DNA of 64,000 nt from assembly GCA_038128265.1 (NCBI GenBank), contig JAYPJE010000007.1, positions 8,384-72,383 on the forward strand. Reading direction: 5' to 3'. The notes under the pieces were generated by a model. That model was given only the letters and a program-made list of their open reading frames with translations. It searched no databases and had not been told where the DNA came from. The translations under genes and the position numbers were made by a program. This DNA is from Gemmatimonadota bacterium (GTDB lineage Bacteria; Latescibacterota; UBA2968; UBA8231). Below are positions 61,875 through 64,000 of this stretch, one piece after another (within the stretch, counting starts at the first letter, position 1; each line of letters opens with the position of its first letter).

Positions 61875-64000
61875 ATGCTTCTTGTGAATCTTCTCGTGAT
61901 TGCCATCATGGGCGGTGCTGTGGGGTTGACTTCGCGCTATTTTTCCCCGCAGGAACTGCAGGATCGCTTTGGCTTTGGGCAGAAACTCTATGCCTTGGGC
62001 GATTACGAGAAGGCGTTGCCCCATTTCGAAGCCGTTATGGCGACTCAGAATAACGTCACCATCAATGTCGATGAGGTAACGGTAACGCTCGATGAGTTTA
62101 TTCTGCCCGTGCGGGTTGCTGCTACCTACCAATTGGGCAACACGCACAACAAACTGGGGCAGGATAAGCTGCGTCGTTCGGGTTTTCTGCGCGCGGAGGG
62201 CAAAGAGGACCAGGCCGACGAGCGCTACCAGGAAGCGTTGGATGAGTTTAAGCGCAGTTTGGAGTATTTTGGCGAAATTAGCGCCGGTGAAGATATCGAT
62301 GAGCGCACGCGCGTTATGGCGCAGTTTCAAACGCTTGAAACCAATTACAAACTCAAGCAATTCGATAGCGTGATTGAAGAGGGAGAGCGGCTGCTGGAGA
62401 AGTTCCCCAACAGCGTGTATGAAACCGCCGCTTATTACAATATCGGTTGGTCGTACTATGAGCTGGGTCGGTATGGGGACGCTGTCGAAAATTTCAAAGA
62501 AGTGATAACGCTTTCTCCGCGCGGTTCGCACGCCGATCGTTCGTACTTTCAGATCGCCGAGTCGTACAGCAGCCTAGAAGAGTACGATCAATCGTTGAAC
62601 TACTTAGATCGGCTCATACGGCGCTACGACTTTTCTGCGATGTCGGAAAAAGAGCTCATAGAAATGGCAAGCCTCAAGCTCAAGGGGCTCGTCGAAGAGA
62701 CTTCGCGCGAACTGGTTGCCAAAGCGCAGCTAAAGCGCGGCGATATTTTTGCCCGACGCGGCGATGTCGATCAGGCGCTGGCCGCCTATGCCACTGTGCC
62801 CGAGAAATACCCCATGGAAACGGCGCTGGTGCAGAATGCCTACATTCGCTCGGCCGAGTTAATCAACGAAAAGCGCGGCACCGACGCGGCGCTCATCGCC
62901 TACCAGAGTGCGATTGAAAACGTCGATGACAAGCGCTTTCAAGCTAGGACACAGCTGACCATTGCGCGCCTGCTCTTTGAGAAGGATGACTACGAGCGCG
63001 CAGCGGAGCAATATCGCATTTTCCTCAGTGCCTACGGCGATGTTGCATCGCGCATTGGCTTTGCCGAAGACAAGGTGCTGTTCCGGATTGGCCAATGTCA
63101 CCAGTCGCTGATGCGCTCACACTTGGCCAGCGGTAATATGGAGGGGGCCGATGCCGCCTCGGCAGAGGCGATGAAGCTGTACGATGAGTTGCTTGCCAAA
63201 TTTGGCGATAGTCCGCTGTTGCCCGACGTGTATTTCTCGCGTGGCTACGCACGTCAGCTGGCAAAGGATCAAGGCGCCGCGGACGACTTCAACCACATGG
63301 TTGTAACCTACCCAGATCACCCCGCTGCTCCCAATGCGCTGTTACAGCTTGCGCGCATTGATTTTGAGACCGGTCGCTATGGCGATGCGCAAGCGACCTA
63401 TGAGCGCCTGCTGGCGGACTACCCCGAGTCCGATCCAGTCAATCCGGCTCGAATGGAACTGGGCCTGTGTTTCAAAAACCTGAACGATCTAACCCGCGCC
63501 ATAGACTCTTTCGAGTCCATTGATACCGAATGGAGCCAGTGGGGCAAAGTGCAGGCCGAACTAGCGGATCTCTATGTGCGTTCCGGCGACCGAACGGGTG
63601 CCAAACGCGTGCTCGAGCGCGCGATGGAACAGGTGGATAGCGACGAATTGCGTGGACAGCTCGTCTACGTGAAGTCGCGATTGCACTTTACTGAAGCGGA
63701 ATACCGCGAGGCAATTGAGGGATTTTCCCAGGCGCTCGAACTGCCGATCCGCGAAGATATCTACAACGGTTCTCTGCTGTCGCGAGGTAGTGCCTATTAC
63801 GAGCTGGCCAAGATGCTCGACGCCAAAGGCGATACGGCACGCGCGCGCGGTGAATACGAAGAGTCTCTCATCGATATGAAAGCCCTGCTTGAACGCGACC
63901 CGCCGGCCAATATAAAGGACAGTGCCTTCCGCACGCTGGGCGCCGGTATGATCCGCCTGCAGCGCGAAGACGAAGCCGTTCGCTACTATAAAGAGCTCAT
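61875..64000 (+). CDS. Large TPR / BamD-YbgF-like repeat protein, N-terminal TM anchor (3' end off the window)
   Basis: This ORF is absent from the ORF track because no stop is reached. My own translation from ATG 61875 stays open to nt 64000: MLLVNLLVIAIMGGAVGLTSRYF..., with repeated helical-pair units (YYNIGWSYYELGRYGDAVENFKEVI, ALLQLARIDFETGRYGDAQATYERLLADYP, ..). Confidence 0.7.
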   Translation, partial: MLLVNLLVIAIMGGAVGLTSRYFSPQELQDRFGFGQKLYALGDYEKALPHFEAVMATQNNVTINVDEVTVTLDEFILPVRVAATYQLGNTHNKLGQDKLRRSGFLRAEGKEDQADERYQEALDEFKRSLEYFGEISAGEDIDERTRVMAQFQTLETNYKLKQFDSVIEEGERLLEKFPNSVYETAAYYNIGWSYYELGRYGDAVENFKEVITLSPRGSHADRSYFQIAESYSSLEEYDQSLNYLDRLIRRYDFSAMSEKELIEMASLKLKGLVEETSRELVAKAQLKRGDIFARRGDVDQALAAYATVPEKYPMETALVQNAYIRSAELINEKRGTDAALIAYQSAIENVDDKRFQARTQLTIARLLFEKDDYERAAEQYRIFLSAYGDVASRIGFAEDKVLFRIGQCHQSLMRSHLASGNMEGADAASAEAMKLYDELLAKFGDSPLLPDVYFSRGYARQLAKDQGAADDFNHMVVTYPDHPAAPNALLQLARIDFETGRYGDAQATYERLLADYPESDPVNPARMELGLCFKNLNDLTRAIDSFESIDTEWSQWGKVQAELADLYVRSGDRTGAKRVLERAMEQVDSDELRGQLVYVKSRLHFTEAEYREAIEGFSQALELPIREDIYNGSLLSRGSAYYELAKMLDAKGDTARARGEYEESLIDMKALLERDPPANIKDSAFRTLGAGMIRLQREDEAVRYYKEL

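Noticed and set aside
1-64000. I searched by eye for CRISPR repeats, IS/transposase or integrase genes, prophage genes, rRNA, toxin-antitoxin pairs and restriction-modification genes.
   Set aside because: I saw no direct-repeat/spacer periodicity. I saw no DDE/serine/tyrosine recombinase-like ORFs, no rRNA-like sequence and no nuclease or methylase motifs. tRNA-Tyr has no adjacent integrase or repeat that would mark an island.

Overview
This is a 64-kb, high-GC bacterial chromosomal window that is almost fully coding, with about 52 CDS and one tRNA. I saw no rRNA, CRISPR array, transposase, integrase or phage genes. A short (282 aa) Bacteroidota-like RpoD-family sigma factor, FlgD-Ig/T9SS-like C-terminal domains, CRTAC1/ASPIC proteins and abundant TPR lipoproteins suggest an uncultured FCB-superphylum-like Gram-negative; this is inference only. 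Layout, left to right: (i) 1-11440 holds six head-to-tail, translationally coupled paralogs of a TMTC-like GT-C membrane protein with a C-terminal TPR domain, and the array runs off the left edge. (ii) 11534-18379 is a lepA-lepB-hemW operon fused to a Wza-like/Wzz-like polysaccharide export pair and a small FlgM-like ORF, ended by a clear bidirectional terminator. (iii) tRNA-Tyr and the sigma factor lie on the minus strand. (iv) 20-33.7 kb is a metabolic stretch: amidohydrolase, mdh, two methyltransferases, HAD, alr, DapA-like, PhyH-like, cytoplasmic sulfatase, argG, amidohydrolase, CaCA antiporter and SDR. (v) 33.7-37.1 kb is a four-gene operon ending in a MotA/ExbB-like channel protein plus an atypical small TM partner. 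(vi) 37.1-50.5 kb carries coiled-coil envelope proteins and a CRTAC1/TPR/HEAT/DUF4159-like block. (vii) 50.8-64 kb is a tightly packed operon of about 13 kb. It encodes a CBM9-like secreted protein, two roughly 1000-aa paralogous predicted outer-membrane barrels with an acidic Ca-binding-like insert, two lipoproteins, a discoidin/FlgD-Ig protein, a PorV/FadL-like small barrel and a large TPR protein. Block (vii) is my best candidate for an undescribed envelope or secretion system, followed by the GT-C/TPR array and the MotA-like operon. All functional calls come from motif recognition by eye; no database search was run.
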